A DNA stretch of 42,039 nt from a virus (taxonomy: Duplodnaviria; Caudoviricetes). Location of the stretch: IMG/VR virus record IMGVR_UViG_3300043570_000825, positions 1 through 42,039 of that record. One strand, given 5' to 3'. The position numbers were made by a program, and so were the translations under genes. Positions 1 through 10,200 of the stretch are shown piece after piece. Under the pieces are notes generated by a model. The model was not told where the DNA came from and made no database searches. It saw nothing but the letters and a program-made list of their open reading frames with translations. Positions within the stretch are counted from its first letter, which is position 1, and each line of letters starts with the position of its first letter.

Positions 1-21
1 TACTTACGATATATTTGTATA

Positions 22-30
22 TATAAGTAT
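22..30 (-). promoter_or_regulatory. Candidate late promoter motif ATACTTATA (for a gene left of the window)
   Basis: Same motif and orientation as the other intergenic copies. Confidence 0.5.
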
Positions 31-49
31 ATCAAAATAAAGAAAACGA

Positions 50-3000
50 TTATTTATCGAAGAAAATACCTAAAATTTGATTTAGGGGTGCGAATGCACC
101 TGTTAATTTGTAAGTGTTACCACCATAGACAAATACAATACCTTCGTTTGGTACAATCTTTTCAAATCCACCAAGTGCATTAAGTCTTTGTAACTCTAAT
201 TTTAATTTTGCAATCTTCTTAGGGTCACCACTTGCTTTTACTTGCTGAATTGTAGATTCCAACCGTGCTACCATTTGTCTTTTAGCACTATCAGGGTTTG
301 CTGTAAGGACTGATTCCATAAAGGATAACACATCCGCACCAACTCCTAAAAATATCTCCTCAAATCTCATTAGATTTTGCTTTGATATCTTTTGTTGGTC
401 CTGCTTATCAGTTTGTTCAGCCCATGCTCTTAATTTTGCATCTTGTATTGTTGCTATACGGAAACTTTTGTCACCAAAAGCCCATCTCTTTACTAATCCT
501 ATTTTTTCTTGTGCATCTAATTTCTTTGCACCTTTTTCTACAAACTTAGTCCACCAAGCCTGATGATAATCTGCTACACCATCATTATCAGATAATGCGA
601 ATTCGGATTGTAATTTAGAAATCATTCCTAAATACTTTCCTTGCAATTTAGAAAGGTGTTCTGATTTAGGAAGTTTATTAATTGGAGGTCCCTGTATTGT
701 GTACTTAGATTGAACATGTGCATTTACTTGCTTAATCATTCCACCCAATATAGATGCCGCTTGTTGGTTTTCACCTACAATAGTACCATCCATATCATAA
801 TCAAATGTACCATGAAATACTAATAGGGGTTGATTGTAAGGGATTACATTTACAGAAGTTGGATATATCACTTCTAAGTTCATAAACGAACTACCATCCT
901 TAAAAATCTTCTTACGTTGCGGTTCGGATAGGGCTGCTATTGCTTTAGATAAATCCTGCATAGCGAAGTTGTAAGCATCGGTTAATCCACCTCTGCCAGC
1001 AAACTTATCTGCCACTTGTCCTATTGTCATAGCACCAGCTCCTTTGCTCTTTAGATGTGATTTGTTACGAGCTGCTACTAACCTACCATTTACCCAACTA
1101 ACTGCTAATGCCTGTCCATCAGTCTTCTCTCTAGTCAATTCTAAGTCACCATTAAGTGCTTTGGTTACAATTGATTTAAGGTCAGCAAATGTAAGATTCA
1201 TTTCAATATCAAATGGGTGATTCATGTGACCATACGCACCACCTTCTAATAATAATGATTCGTTTATTGATTCTTTTTTTAAACTTCTTTTCTGAAGAAC
1301 TAATTGATTGATTTGAGAAAATATATCCGCAATATCTTTATCCAATTTCTTTTCATCTGCACTCATTGGAGATTCGATATCAACATTAGAATAAAGTTTT
1401 TTCTTTTTTGCGATTAATACCTCTGCTTTTTTTAGTAAATCAGATTTTACTTTATCCAAATCTTTTAGGATTTCAGATGAAGTGGCTTCATTTGTAGATT
1501 CAAATGCAGATGGTGTTTTAATTTTTCTCCAACCTCCACCAGGTGTTCTAAATATTCTAGCCGGTATTGGTAAAGTAGAACCTATTGGGAGTTGTCTTTC
1601 ATATCCCTTATCAACATATATAATTTTAGTTATAAATTGATTTGTTTTATTATCAGAACCTACCAATTCAACTTCTACATTTACAGGCCTACCACCCACC
1701 TTCATTTTACCAGCAAATAATTGACCTTTAGTAAATCCTTCTTCTACTGGAGTATATTTTTCACTACCATCACCATCTAATTTAGATTTTAATTTCTTAG
1801 CATCTTCTGGGTCTGGTGCTCCGTTAATATATCCACCTGGTAAAGATAAACCTACACCGGCTCCTCCACCCAATCCCATTTCACTCATTATGCTTTCTTC
1901 AAACTCATCCATAATTTCATTTATATCTTCTTTTGAAATTATAGTATCTTTTTGATTATCGGGTAATTCCCAAAATCTTTTAGGTTTTTCGTTTGGATTT
2001 TCTCTATACGCATCTTGCCAATCCTCAACCTTAAATGGGTCATCGGCTGGGTTTAACGTGCTTTGAGTTACATTCTTAAGTTTATAATAAGCTTTTCTAA
2101 ATTGAGTTTCAGTATCTTTTGATTTTCCTCTACCTCTCATAGAATCTGCTTTAGGAGTATCCATTTGAGTATATCCACCTTGCTTATACCAACCTTCAGG
2201 TTTAGCTGTGTTTAGTATTCTAGGTTGTCCATCTGCTACAAATGATGTATCAGGTTCATCTTGCCCAGTAAATCCACCGGTAGATGCTGCTTCTTTTAAG
2301 TTTTCTTTTTTAGGGATTCGAAACGTTACTGCTTTCTTACCATTGATTGTTGGCATTCCCCATTCATCCTCACCTATTGCTTTAACAACTACTTTTTTAT
2401 TTTTAAATTTACCCATTAATAAAGTATCACCAACTTTTACGTTTAGTTTAATTTCTTCATTAATACATTCTTTTAAACTCTTTAATTTTAAAGTAATTAA
2501 TTTGAATATTTGAGAATCAAACTTTGGATAAGCTTTGGTAAAATTCTTTTTTCTATCAGCTTCACTACCAGCACTTAACCAATAACGAACATCAGTACCA
2601 CTAATAGGATTTGATTGTGCAGGTGAAGCGTACACATATCCTTTATCTAAGTAACCAGCTTCTACCTTACCTTTATATGGAGTAAAATATTTACCACCCA
2701 AACGATTTTGGTCTTTTTCACCCACTACAACTATTAAACCAGTTGTATTAGAATCATATTTATTAAGTATTTCTTCAGGTGCATAAGGATTTTTAATATT
2801 AACAATTTTGTTTGATGGAATACCAAACATAGTTGTCATTATTACTTTTTTTTCCTTAAAATTAAATGGAGATTTTTTTGAATCGGTAACGTTAGAAGTT
2901 CCGATATATACACTATCCTTACCGAATTTGCGTACTAAGTTTTCATAAGTTGCGTAATGCCCCTTATGAAATGGTTGAAAGCGGCCCGAATAGACAACAA

Positions 3001-3067
3001 CTACTTTGTCCATTTGAGCCGCTTCTCCCAATATTGTTTCTATTAAAAAGTTTGATAATTCGTTCAT
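50..3067 (-). CDS. Modular protein: N-terminal HxGH nucleotidyltransferase (cytidyltransferase/NMNAT-like), several small modules, C-terminal ATP-dependent ligase-like (RNA-ligase fold) domain
   Basis: GRFQPFHKGH (HxGH) and ISGTDVR (SxTxxR-like) motifs near the N-terminus; EKTDG (KxDG motif I), EGIVF (motif IV) and YKLTG (motif V-like) in the last ~400 aa; candidate late motif upstream. Confidence 0.75.
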   Translation of the reverse strand: MNELSNFLIETILGEAAQMDKVVVVYSGRFQPFHKGHYATYENLVRKFGKDSVYIGTSNVTDSKKSPFNFKEKKVIMTTMFGIPSNKIVNIKNPYAPEEILNKYDSNTTGLIVVVGEKDQNRLGGKYFTPYKGKVEAGYLDKGYVYASPAQSNPISGTDVRYWLSAGSEADRKKNFTKAYPKFDSQIFKLITLKLKSLKECINEEIKLNVKVGDTLLMGKFKNKKVVVKAIGEDEWGMPTINGKKAVTFRIPKKENLKEAASTGGFTGQDEPDTSFVADGQPRILNTAKPEGWYKQGGYTQMDTPKADSMRGRGKSKDTETQFRKAYYKLKNVTQSTLNPADDPFKVEDWQDAYRENPNEKPKRFWELPDNQKDTIISKEDINEIMDEFEESIMSEMGLGGGAGVGLSLPGGYINGAPDPEDAKKLKSKLDGDGSEKYTPVEEGFTKGQLFAGKMKVGGRPVNVEVELVGSDNKTNQFITKIIYVDKGYERQLPIGSTLPIPARIFRTPGGGWRKIKTPSAFESTNEATSSEILKDLDKVKSDLLKKAEVLIAKKKKLYSNVDIESPMSADEKKLDKDIADIFSQINQLVLQKRSLKKESINESLLLEGGAYGHMNHPFDIEMNLTFADLKSIVTKALNGDLELTREKTDGQALAVSWVNGRLVAARNKSHLKSKGAGAMTIGQVADKFAGRGGLTDAYNFAMQDLSKAIAALSEPQRKKIFKDGSSFMNLEVIYPTSVNVIPYNQPLLVFHGTFDYDMDGTIVGENQQAASILGGMIKQVNAHVQSKYTIQGPPINKLPKSEHLSKLQGKYLGMISKLQSEFALSDNDGVADYHQAWWTKFVEKGAKKLDAQEKIGLVKRWAFGDKSFRIATIQDAKLRAWAEQTDKQDQQKISKQNLMRFEEIFLGVGADVLSFMESVLTANPDSAKRQMVARLESTIQQVKASGDPKKIAKLKLELQRLNALGGFEKIVPNEGIVFVYGGNTYKLTGAFAPLNQILGIFFDK

Positions 3068-3083
3068 TATATAGTTGTTCCTA

Positions 3084-3092
3084 TATAAATAT
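3084..3092 (-). promoter_or_regulatory. Candidate late promoter motif ATATTTATA
   Basis: 16 nt upstream of ATG 3067. Confidence 0.65.
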
Positions 3093-3098
3093 TCGATA

Positions 3099-3482
3099 TT
3101 ATTGTTTTACTACTTTCATACCACTTGGTTGAGCTAGCTGTTCAGCTTGTTGCTTTCTAGTTGGTGCTCCCGGTTGGTATTGAACTGAACCATCTTCTAA
3201 ATTAATTCTACCTTGTGGATATTTATCATCCAATGCATCAAGTATTTCTTTTAATTCATTACTAGTAGATTTTAGTTCATCTTCACCTTTCAATAAGAAA
3301 TCATCCAATCTGATTAATTCTTCTTGAATTTCTCTCTTTCTGATGTAAATTTGTCCAAATTCATTGATGATGTTAGCAGATTTTTGATTTAAATCTTTTA
3401 TGCTTTCTAATACTTTTTCATCCAATTTTGCAATTTCAATTTCAATTGTTTGCTTTTGTGGAATACTATCTAATGCTGCCAT
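3099..3482 (-). CDS. Small coiled-coil protein, paralog of 6912..7196; function unknown
   Basis: Heptad-rich helix; aligns without gaps to the 94-aa ORF (VLxSIK, ExGQI, KYPxGxIxLxxG). Confidence 0.7.
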   Translation of the reverse strand: MAALDSIPQKQTIEIEIAKLDEKVLESIKDLNQKSANIINEFGQIYIRKREIQEELIRLDDFLLKGEDELKSTSNELKEILDALDDKYPQGRINLEDGSVQYQPGAPTRKQQAEQLAQPSGMKVVKQ

Positions 3483-3507
3483 AATTTTGTTTTTGTTGTT
3501 TTATATA

Positions 3508-3516
3508 TATAAGTAT
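3508..3516 (-). promoter_or_regulatory. Candidate late promoter motif ATACTTATA
   Basis: 25 nt upstream of ATG 3482. Confidence 0.6.
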
Positions 3517-3531
3517 ATTATTTTTTATTTT

Positions 3532-4680
3532 TTATAAGAATTTTTCCAATTCTTTTATTACCATTTCGGATGTTATTGATTTTGTACACTCAAATTGTCT
3601 ATCCGTACCTTTATGGTCTGGACACCAGTTCCAATCGGATGGGTCTAATTTAATCCTATTAAAGCATCCCTCACATTTTCCTTTAGGGGCTGCAATTCTG
3701 ATACAATCCTGCATTTCTGCCCAATCATATGAGAATCCACTAATTAATACAGTCGGAACATTTAAACTCCAACTCAACCAACTTAATCCACTACCAATAC
3801 CAATAAATGCTTTTGATTTTAACATTTCATCCATAACCAATTCCAATGGCCCGTTTGGGTGTTGAATTATTCCATTTGGTAATTTGTTTCCCATATAATC
3901 ATCACCTTCTTTTGAAAGTAATTTTACAGTATAACCTTTATTTTTTAACCAATCAACAACATCCTGCCATCCGTTTAGATTATTCCAAAATTTAGATTGT
4001 GCAGTACCAAATACACCAATACAAACTTGTTTAAGATTTGGGTCTATATATGGATTTCTTTTCTTTATTTTTGGTTTTATTTCTGTATATTCCAATCCCA
4101 AAATATCCGTACACATTTTTTGCATTGTTTGGTGCTTTGGGTCTATTGGATTTTTTAAACCATTTATAGTACCATCTTCATTATAAAATAAACCAATACT
4201 ATACATAGCATATAAATCAATAACGTTTGTACCAGGAGTTACAAATTCAATTTCTTTATAGTTTTCCTCAAACATATCATTCATAAATGTAGATGTTACT
4301 ACTTTACAATTATGTTTCTTTCTAAACTCATCCACATATGCAATCCAAGATAATGAATCACCCAATGCTCTTGAATCTAATGAAATGTAAACTTTCGTAT
4401 CTTTTGCATTGTAAATGTATTCATACCATAATTTATCATTTTCATAAATTAAAATTCTCCATTCTACAAAATATTCAATATTACACTTACACCAGCAATT
4501 ATTTCCTATTGTAGTAGAAAATTTAATTTGATTGGTTTTATTATCAATAAATTGAACTTTATATTCTGATTTTTTACTTCCTTTTATTTCTAAAAAAGCA
4601 CCTTTTACAAAATTAATGATTACTCTATTATCAATATTCACAATTGGATTTGTATTCTTTTTTAAATTATCGTATATCAT
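3532..4680 (-). CDS. Autotransporter strand-loop-strand O-heptosyltransferase-like glycosyltransferase (TibC/Aah family, GT9-related)
   Basis: SRALGDSLSW, FIGIGSGLSWLSW, VLISGFS and a C-terminal four-Cys cluster (CEGC...WCP...FECTKSIT) as in TibC. Start placed at 4680 because that ATG overlaps the upstream TGA stop (ATGA); the ORF track starts at 4689. Confidence 0.8.
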   Translation of the reverse strand: MIYDNLKKNTNPIVNIDNRVIINFVKGAFLEIKGSKKSEYKVQFIDNKTNQIKFSTTIGNNCWCKCNIEYFVEWRILIYENDKLWYEYIYNAKDTKVYISLDSRALGDSLSWIAYVDEFRKKHNCKVVTSTFMNDMFEENYKEIEFVTPGTNVIDLYAMYSIGLFYNEDGTINGLKNPIDPKHQTMQKMCTDILGLEYTEIKPKIKKRNPYIDPNLKQVCIGVFGTAQSKFWNNLNGWQDVVDWLKNKGYTVKLLSKEGDDYMGNKLPNGIIQHPNGPLELVMDEMLKSKAFIGIGSGLSWLSWSLNVPTVLISGFSYDWAEMQDCIRIAAPKGKCEGCFNRIKLDPSDWNWCPDHKGTDRQFECTKSITSEMVIKELEKFL

Positions 4681-6857
4681 GTATTCCAAGTTTTAACTGT
4701 TAAATCCAAAAGAGAATATCCTTCGGCTTGCTTACTATACATTTTGTTTGTTGTGTAACGAGGTCTTGGATTATTATAGAAAACGTGATTGAACCAAAGG
4801 TCACCTACATCCCAACCACAATCTACCAATCTATCCATCCACCATTGCTTCTCTCTATTTGGAATTAAATAACAATGTGCTAAATCCTGATTGAATGCTG
4901 TTTTTGAAAACAATTCATCAATTCTTTCTTTTTCTCTAGATGGGTTATCTGCAAATGATATGAATGGTACATTATCTCTTTCTGAGATAAAACAAGCTCT
5001 ATGTACAATTTCTACAAATTCTTCCAATCCAGTGTAGATAAATGCATCTGCTTCAAATATTAAAGTATAATCAAAGTTTTCAGTATCTATTGTTTCCAAT
5101 GCTCCCCTATGTGCTAAATAACATCCATAGTGTCTACCGGTCATCCAACCCAAACCAGCACCAGGGTATAACTCACCCGGCTTATTATCCTTACTTATAT
5201 GTTCGGGTCTCCTACAATTTTCAGCAGGTGCAAATCCTTCATACACTTGATTTACAATTGGTTGATATACCATTCCATATTTTTCCAATTGCTTAAGAGA
5301 TTGAATACTAACCATCTCTCTCATATCATCCGGTCTAGTTAATAGATGTTTTATTTGAATACGAGGTTTTTTCTTTCTCCAATTTCGGAATCCTAATGTA
5401 CATTGATTGTAAAAGAATTCATCAACTGCAGTAGTAACGCCGGGAAAAAAACTTCCACCATAATCATCACCACTAATAGTTCCGCCCGGTTTTACTTTAT
5501 TATACCAAAAATGAATATCATTTTTTACATCTTCATAACTATGCCCAGCATCTAACATTATATAATCAATACTATTGTTTGTAAATTGATTAGCTGCATT
5601 GTGTGATGTATCTTTGATTATTTCAAATTTATTATAATTGTTTGATAGAACTGTGTTATCTATGAATTCATAAAATATATCTCCATTAAATGCTCCTACA
5701 ATATTTTGGTGTAACTCCTCATCATCAGTTCCTTTAAATGTATCAATTGTTGTAAACTTAATATCTTTTTTAGATTCTTTTATTTTGTTTACTAAATAAT
5801 TTGTGGATTTTCCAAACCAAGTACCAACTTCCACAAACGTATCTCCATCTTTTGCTTCTTCAACAAATTGATTATACAATTCATCAAATGCGAACCAACC
5901 GGGAATATAATTAAATTCAGGCTTAAGTGTATCTAATATGATTTTTTTTGTTGCTTTTAAATCATCATCAATATAAGTTACCAATTGATTATTATCGTAT
6001 GTATCTAAGTATGTGTGGAGTTTTCTAAATATAGATGGAAGTTTGTAACTCAATGCTTCTTTAATTGAAAGAGGATTTAATTCCAATTTAGAACTAAAAT
6101 AAAACATATCACTTGCTGCATAAAATGTATCCACATCATCACGCTCTCCCCATATAACACAATTTTCAGGTTTATGTTTCATCAATGGTGCCCAATAGTG
6201 TTCAAAGTTTCCAGCTTGATTTCCTACGAAATGAAATTTGATTTTGTATTTTTCCAATTGAGTTGCTAATGCAAATATTTCACCTTGATTTTTACCTGGC
6301 GCAAATAATCCAACATTAAGGATATGTTTCCAATCTGATTCAAATCCTAATTCTTTTTGTGCAGATTCTTTATCAAATTTATATTCTTCGATTGGATATT
6401 CCCATAATTGAGTTTCAACTCCAGTATGTTCAAACCTTTGTCTACTCCATTCGGATACTAAAACGTATCTATCAGGATGATAATTTATTTCAGATGGATT
6501 TGTAAATGAACCATGAGTTGATGCTACAATAAAATAATTTCTATCTTTTGTAAAAATCTGGTCTAATATAAATGGAGCTAAATCAAATTGTGGTATTTCC
6601 TGAAAATGTATGATATCAGGTTTAAACTGATTTATTACATTGAGTATTTGAGATTTATCATCTCCTAATGTATGAACCTCTACTAATGATTTTATTCTAT
6701 TTTTTTGAACTACAAATGCGTTTCCGCCACTATTGTTTATTTCAACAACTTGGATATCAAAATCTTTAATAAAATGCTTTACCTGTTTATATAGGTATTG
6801 TGGTTGTCCTCCCGTAGATAAGTGAGGCGCAATATAAAGTAACTTCTTTTTAGACAT
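4677..6857 (-). CDS. Three-domain fusion: GT4 (GT-B) glycosyltransferase, class I SAM methyltransferase (Methyltransf_24-like), GT25-like glycosyltransferase
   Basis: HLSTGGQPQY, NVGLFAPGKNQ and ELNPLSIKEAL (GT4); VEVGTWFGKS, LDAGHSYE and KPGGTISGDDY (methyltransferase); GCYLAH and LIFEADA (GT25-like). Confidence 0.8.
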   Translation of the reverse strand: MSKKKLLYIAPHLSTGGQPQYLYKQVKHFIKDFDIQVVEINNSGGNAFVVQKNRIKSLVEVHTLGDDKSQILNVINQFKPDIIHFQEIPQFDLAPFILDQIFTKDRNYFIVASTHGSFTNPSEINYHPDRYVLVSEWSRQRFEHTGVETQLWEYPIEEYKFDKESAQKELGFESDWKHILNVGLFAPGKNQGEIFALATQLEKYKIKFHFVGNQAGNFEHYWAPLMKHKPENCVIWGERDDVDTFYAASDMFYFSSKLELNPLSIKEALSYKLPSIFRKLHTYLDTYDNNQLVTYIDDDLKATKKIILDTLKPEFNYIPGWFAFDELYNQFVEEAKDGDTFVEVGTWFGKSTNYLVNKIKESKKDIKFTTIDTFKGTDDEELHQNIVGAFNGDIFYEFIDNTVLSNNYNKFEIIKDTSHNAANQFTNNSIDYIMLDAGHSYEDVKNDIHFWYNKVKPGGTISGDDYGGSFFPGVTTAVDEFFYNQCTLGFRNWRKKKPRIQIKHLLTRPDDMREMVSIQSLKQLEKYGMVYQPIVNQVYEGFAPAENCRRPEHISKDNKPGELYPGAGLGWMTGRHYGCYLAHRGALETIDTENFDYTLIFEADAFIYTGLEEFVEIVHRACFISERDNVPFISFADNPSREKERIDELFSKTAFNQDLAHCYLIPNREKQWWMDRLVDCGWDVGDLWFNHVFYNNPRPRYTTNKMYSKQAEGYSLLDLTVKTWNT

Positions 6858-6873
6858 GTTTTATTAATTGTAA

Positions 6874-6905
6874 CAAATATACAAAATAATTCTTAAACTA
6901 CCAAA
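6874..6905 (-). promoter_or_regulatory. Bacteroidota sigma-A-type promoter upstream of the glycosyltransferase pair
   Basis: Minus strand reads TTTG-N20-TATATTTG, matching the -33 TTTG / -7 TAnnTTTG consensus, 16 nt upstream of the ATG at 6857. Confidence 0.8.
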
Positions 6906-6911
6906 TTTATT

Positions 6912-7196
6912 TTATTCAGCTGATTCAAAATAAACCATCCCTTCATTTAGGTCTATTTCTCCTTTTGGATATTTTACTTCTAATTCTGCTAAAATTCCTT
7001 TAACTTCTTCATTTACCACATCAAATCTACTTTCCATAGACATTTTAATTTGGTCTAGGTTTGCTAATTCATTTCTAAGTTCTCTAGTTCTTAAGCTAAT
7101 TTGACCTAATTCCATTACTAAATTAGATACTTCATCTCTTTTTTCTTTGATGCTATTCAAAACATCAGCGCTTAATGATTCTTTTAATTGTGCCAT
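6912..7196 (-). CDS. Small coiled-coil protein, paralog of 3099..3482; possible tail-fibre-associated chaperone
   Basis: Same motifs as the 127-aa ORF; lies directly downstream of the tail fibre gene. Chaperone role is inferred from position only. Confidence 0.65.
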   Translation of the reverse strand: MAQLKESLSADVLNSIKEKRDEVSNLVMELGQISLRTRELRNELANLDQIKMSMESRFDVVNEEVKGILAELEVKYPKGEIDLNEGMVYFESAE

Positions 7197-7216
7197 AATA
7201 TATTATTGTTTATATA

Positions 7217-7225
7217 TATAAATAT
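7217..7225 (-). promoter_or_regulatory. Candidate late promoter motif ATATTTATA
   Basis: 20 nt upstream of ATG 7196. Confidence 0.65.
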
Positions 7226-7232
7226 ATAGATT

Positions 7233-10200
7233 TTAAATTTTCGAACTACTTATTTCAGCTTCCAGTCTATTAACTTTTGATGATAATTCCTGTATTGCTT
7301 TAATCATAGGAGCCATAAATTCTTCATAACGTAACCCCAAATCAGAATGATTTTCTAAATCACCTTCAATATATCCAGCAAAATCATTTGTTGAAAGTCC
7401 CATGTCATCCAAAATTGTTTTTACATGCTGTGCAACCAACCCATGATGTTTTCTTATACCAGGAGTCCAAGTTACATTTGGTATTTGTTCATTTTTTATA
7501 TATTCAATAACTTCTTCTTTTACTACTACCCCATCACTATCCATAATGGCCGGTTCTTTAATTGTTTTTATATAATCCTCTATTTTTTCAGTAATAGCAC
7601 TTCCAGAAATAAATTTATATGAAACTGGTTGTAATCTATTTATAAAATCCAATCCCAATTGCGATTGTTCTATTTCTAATTTTTGGTTTGCATCTGATGT
7701 TTGTATAGTTCCAGTATTAGACCATATTTGTTTCCATTTTTGTCCAGACTTTCCTATTGTCCAATAGTTATCACTTGCTGGTAAAAAATTAGAATATGAA
7801 GTTATATACGTTTGGTCTGCCGCTGTTGCTGTACTTCTTCCACCTAAACGAAGTGATTCTTGTGTACCAGTTCCATCAAAGTAATAATCACCTAAATAAT
7901 TAGTTTTGCCATTTGAAACCAATCCACCATTCATATAGATACCAGTATTACTCAAACTTGTTGGATATCCACCAAATGCAGATACATTAATCGCACCACC
8001 AACAAATTCTGCAACTGCAGAACCCCCACCATATGCACTTGGTTCGATTCTATTAAAACGAACATAAGCATTTTGATTTGATAATACTTGAATACCACCA
8101 TTCGTTATTTCCGTTTTATTTACGTTTGGAGAAAATTGAAAAGTAATATCACCAGTTGTTGTATGATTAGAAGTTCCGGTTGTAGTATAATATGTATTTC
8201 CACCACCAACATAATTATATATAGCTGCCGATACAGCTGTAACTTTTAGTACTAATCTAAATTGATATATACCCGGTGCTGGTATTATCAGTTGACCTGC
8301 TTTAGACCCAAATGGAATATTTCCCTGATAATATGCTGTTGATGAGTATGATGAATAATTCCAATAGTATGATTCGGTATAATAAGGGAATCCGCTATAT
8401 GATACTACTGCAGTATAATAGGAATTACTTGAAGTACCACTTCTATATGTAGATGCTCCATTTATTGCAACTTCAGATATAAACGTTGTTCCAGTTGAAT
8501 TGTACATTTGTACATACCATTGGGCAGATGCATTACCCGGAGCGGCATATTCCGATTGATATGTTTCGTATCCATATTGTGGTGGGTCGGGTGGGTAATC
8601 CGAAGCTGCACTTGGTGAAGTCGTTGATATAGTTAAAGATGTTTCTGGAATATACACAATAAAATTGGTATTACCAGCTTCACTAAAGGCTAGAGTTGCA
8701 CCTGAATATGTACTGTTTGCTGATATACCAAACGAACCACTATATACTTCAGTAATTACGTTAGTAGTATTAGTAGTTCCAGATGTTGATGTTCTGTTAC
8801 CATCCGTACCATCGTATTGTGAACCACTTATATATATAATTTGTCCGCTTGGGTCAGTTAATGTTGCTTTTGGATTTAATACTACTTTAGCAGAACCAGT
8901 TGCGTTTGTGTAAAATTCTATCGATGGTGCTTGTGTATCAAATCTTAATAAAGCCCCCGATGCGATTAGCTTATTATTGGCAATAGTAAATCCACCAATC
9001 TCACCAGAATCTGCTGTTATTGTTCCATTTATATCTAATGTTCCTAAAGTATTATTCCAATAAACGTAGTTACCTTCAGTAGATGTATCTGCCCCAAATC
9101 TCATATTACCAAGAGCATCCATATAAAATCCATTACCACCACCAATACTTTGTGCACCAGCAGAACGAATAAACCCTACATCACTACCTTCCTGTCCTAT
9201 TACAAGTCCTTTTGTTACCGTTGCATTTTCAGCAAGTAATAATCCAGTTGCTACTGAACTAAATGTTGCTCCAAAAGATTGCCAATATGTTGAATAAGAT
9301 GCACCATCAATTGGTCTAGTAGCAGTACCTATTGGTGCATTTACTACATTTGGAGTGTGTGTTACTTTTGCTATGTAATATTGATTATCACTTCCCCTAA
9401 CAACATCCGTTCTATCGGTTGTTTTGAAATATTGCAAACTACCAGTCCAAGGCCCTCTATAAACAACACCAGGTCCAGCTGCTCCAGCTGCCCCATTTGC
9501 ACCACCACTACCAGCAGTTCCAGCAGTCCCAGACGTTCCAGCCGCAGCTGCTATTGCCCAAGGACCTGAACCCGGATATCCAGTTAATGCAGCTGTATCG
9601 TTTGTTGCTATATGTTGATAACTTTGTGCTTGCGCCGATGTACATCTCCAACTCTGTCCTCCGTATGAAACTATATCATTTGTATAATAAGTAAATCCAC
9701 TTGTCCATGCTCCCCTTAATGAACCTTCACTAACACCAGGTTCAACTTGTCTAATTGAACCAACAATAGTTAAAGAATCACCATCCCAAAACATTCCTTT
9801 TCCAGATGTTCCAGTTGTTTTTATTGAAAATCTACCCGTTGTACCAAATGAACCATTTTCGTATATTCCTAAAAATATTCCTGGTCTATCGTATCCAATA
9901 ATACCAGACCCAGTATTTGATGTACCAGATGTGCCGGATGTACCTATCGTTGAGTTTTGTCCAATAGCAATGTAAGGGTCAGGCCTTCCCCCAGCTAACA
10001 CAATATTTGCAAATCCGCTTGTACCATCTTTAGTACCAACGTTAATTGTATTCTTAACATATGATTCTTCAAATATTGCTAATTTAGCTGCTACAAAAAA
10101 TTGTTCACTTCCTAAAAATTCCCAATATTCATTATTACTATCAGGTGTTGGTGCTTTATAATTAATTAAATTATATCCAGCAGCTGGGGAAGCGCCTACA

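Noticed and set aside
10-17. TATATTTG on the plus strand as a Bacteroidota -7 element
   Set aside because: The -33 element would lie outside the window and no plus-strand gene follows; it cannot be evaluated.
4681-4689. Listed start of the heptosyltransferase at 4689
   Set aside because: The ATG at 4680 forms an ATGA overlap with the upstream stop, the same coupling seen at 18736..18739, so it is the more plausible start.
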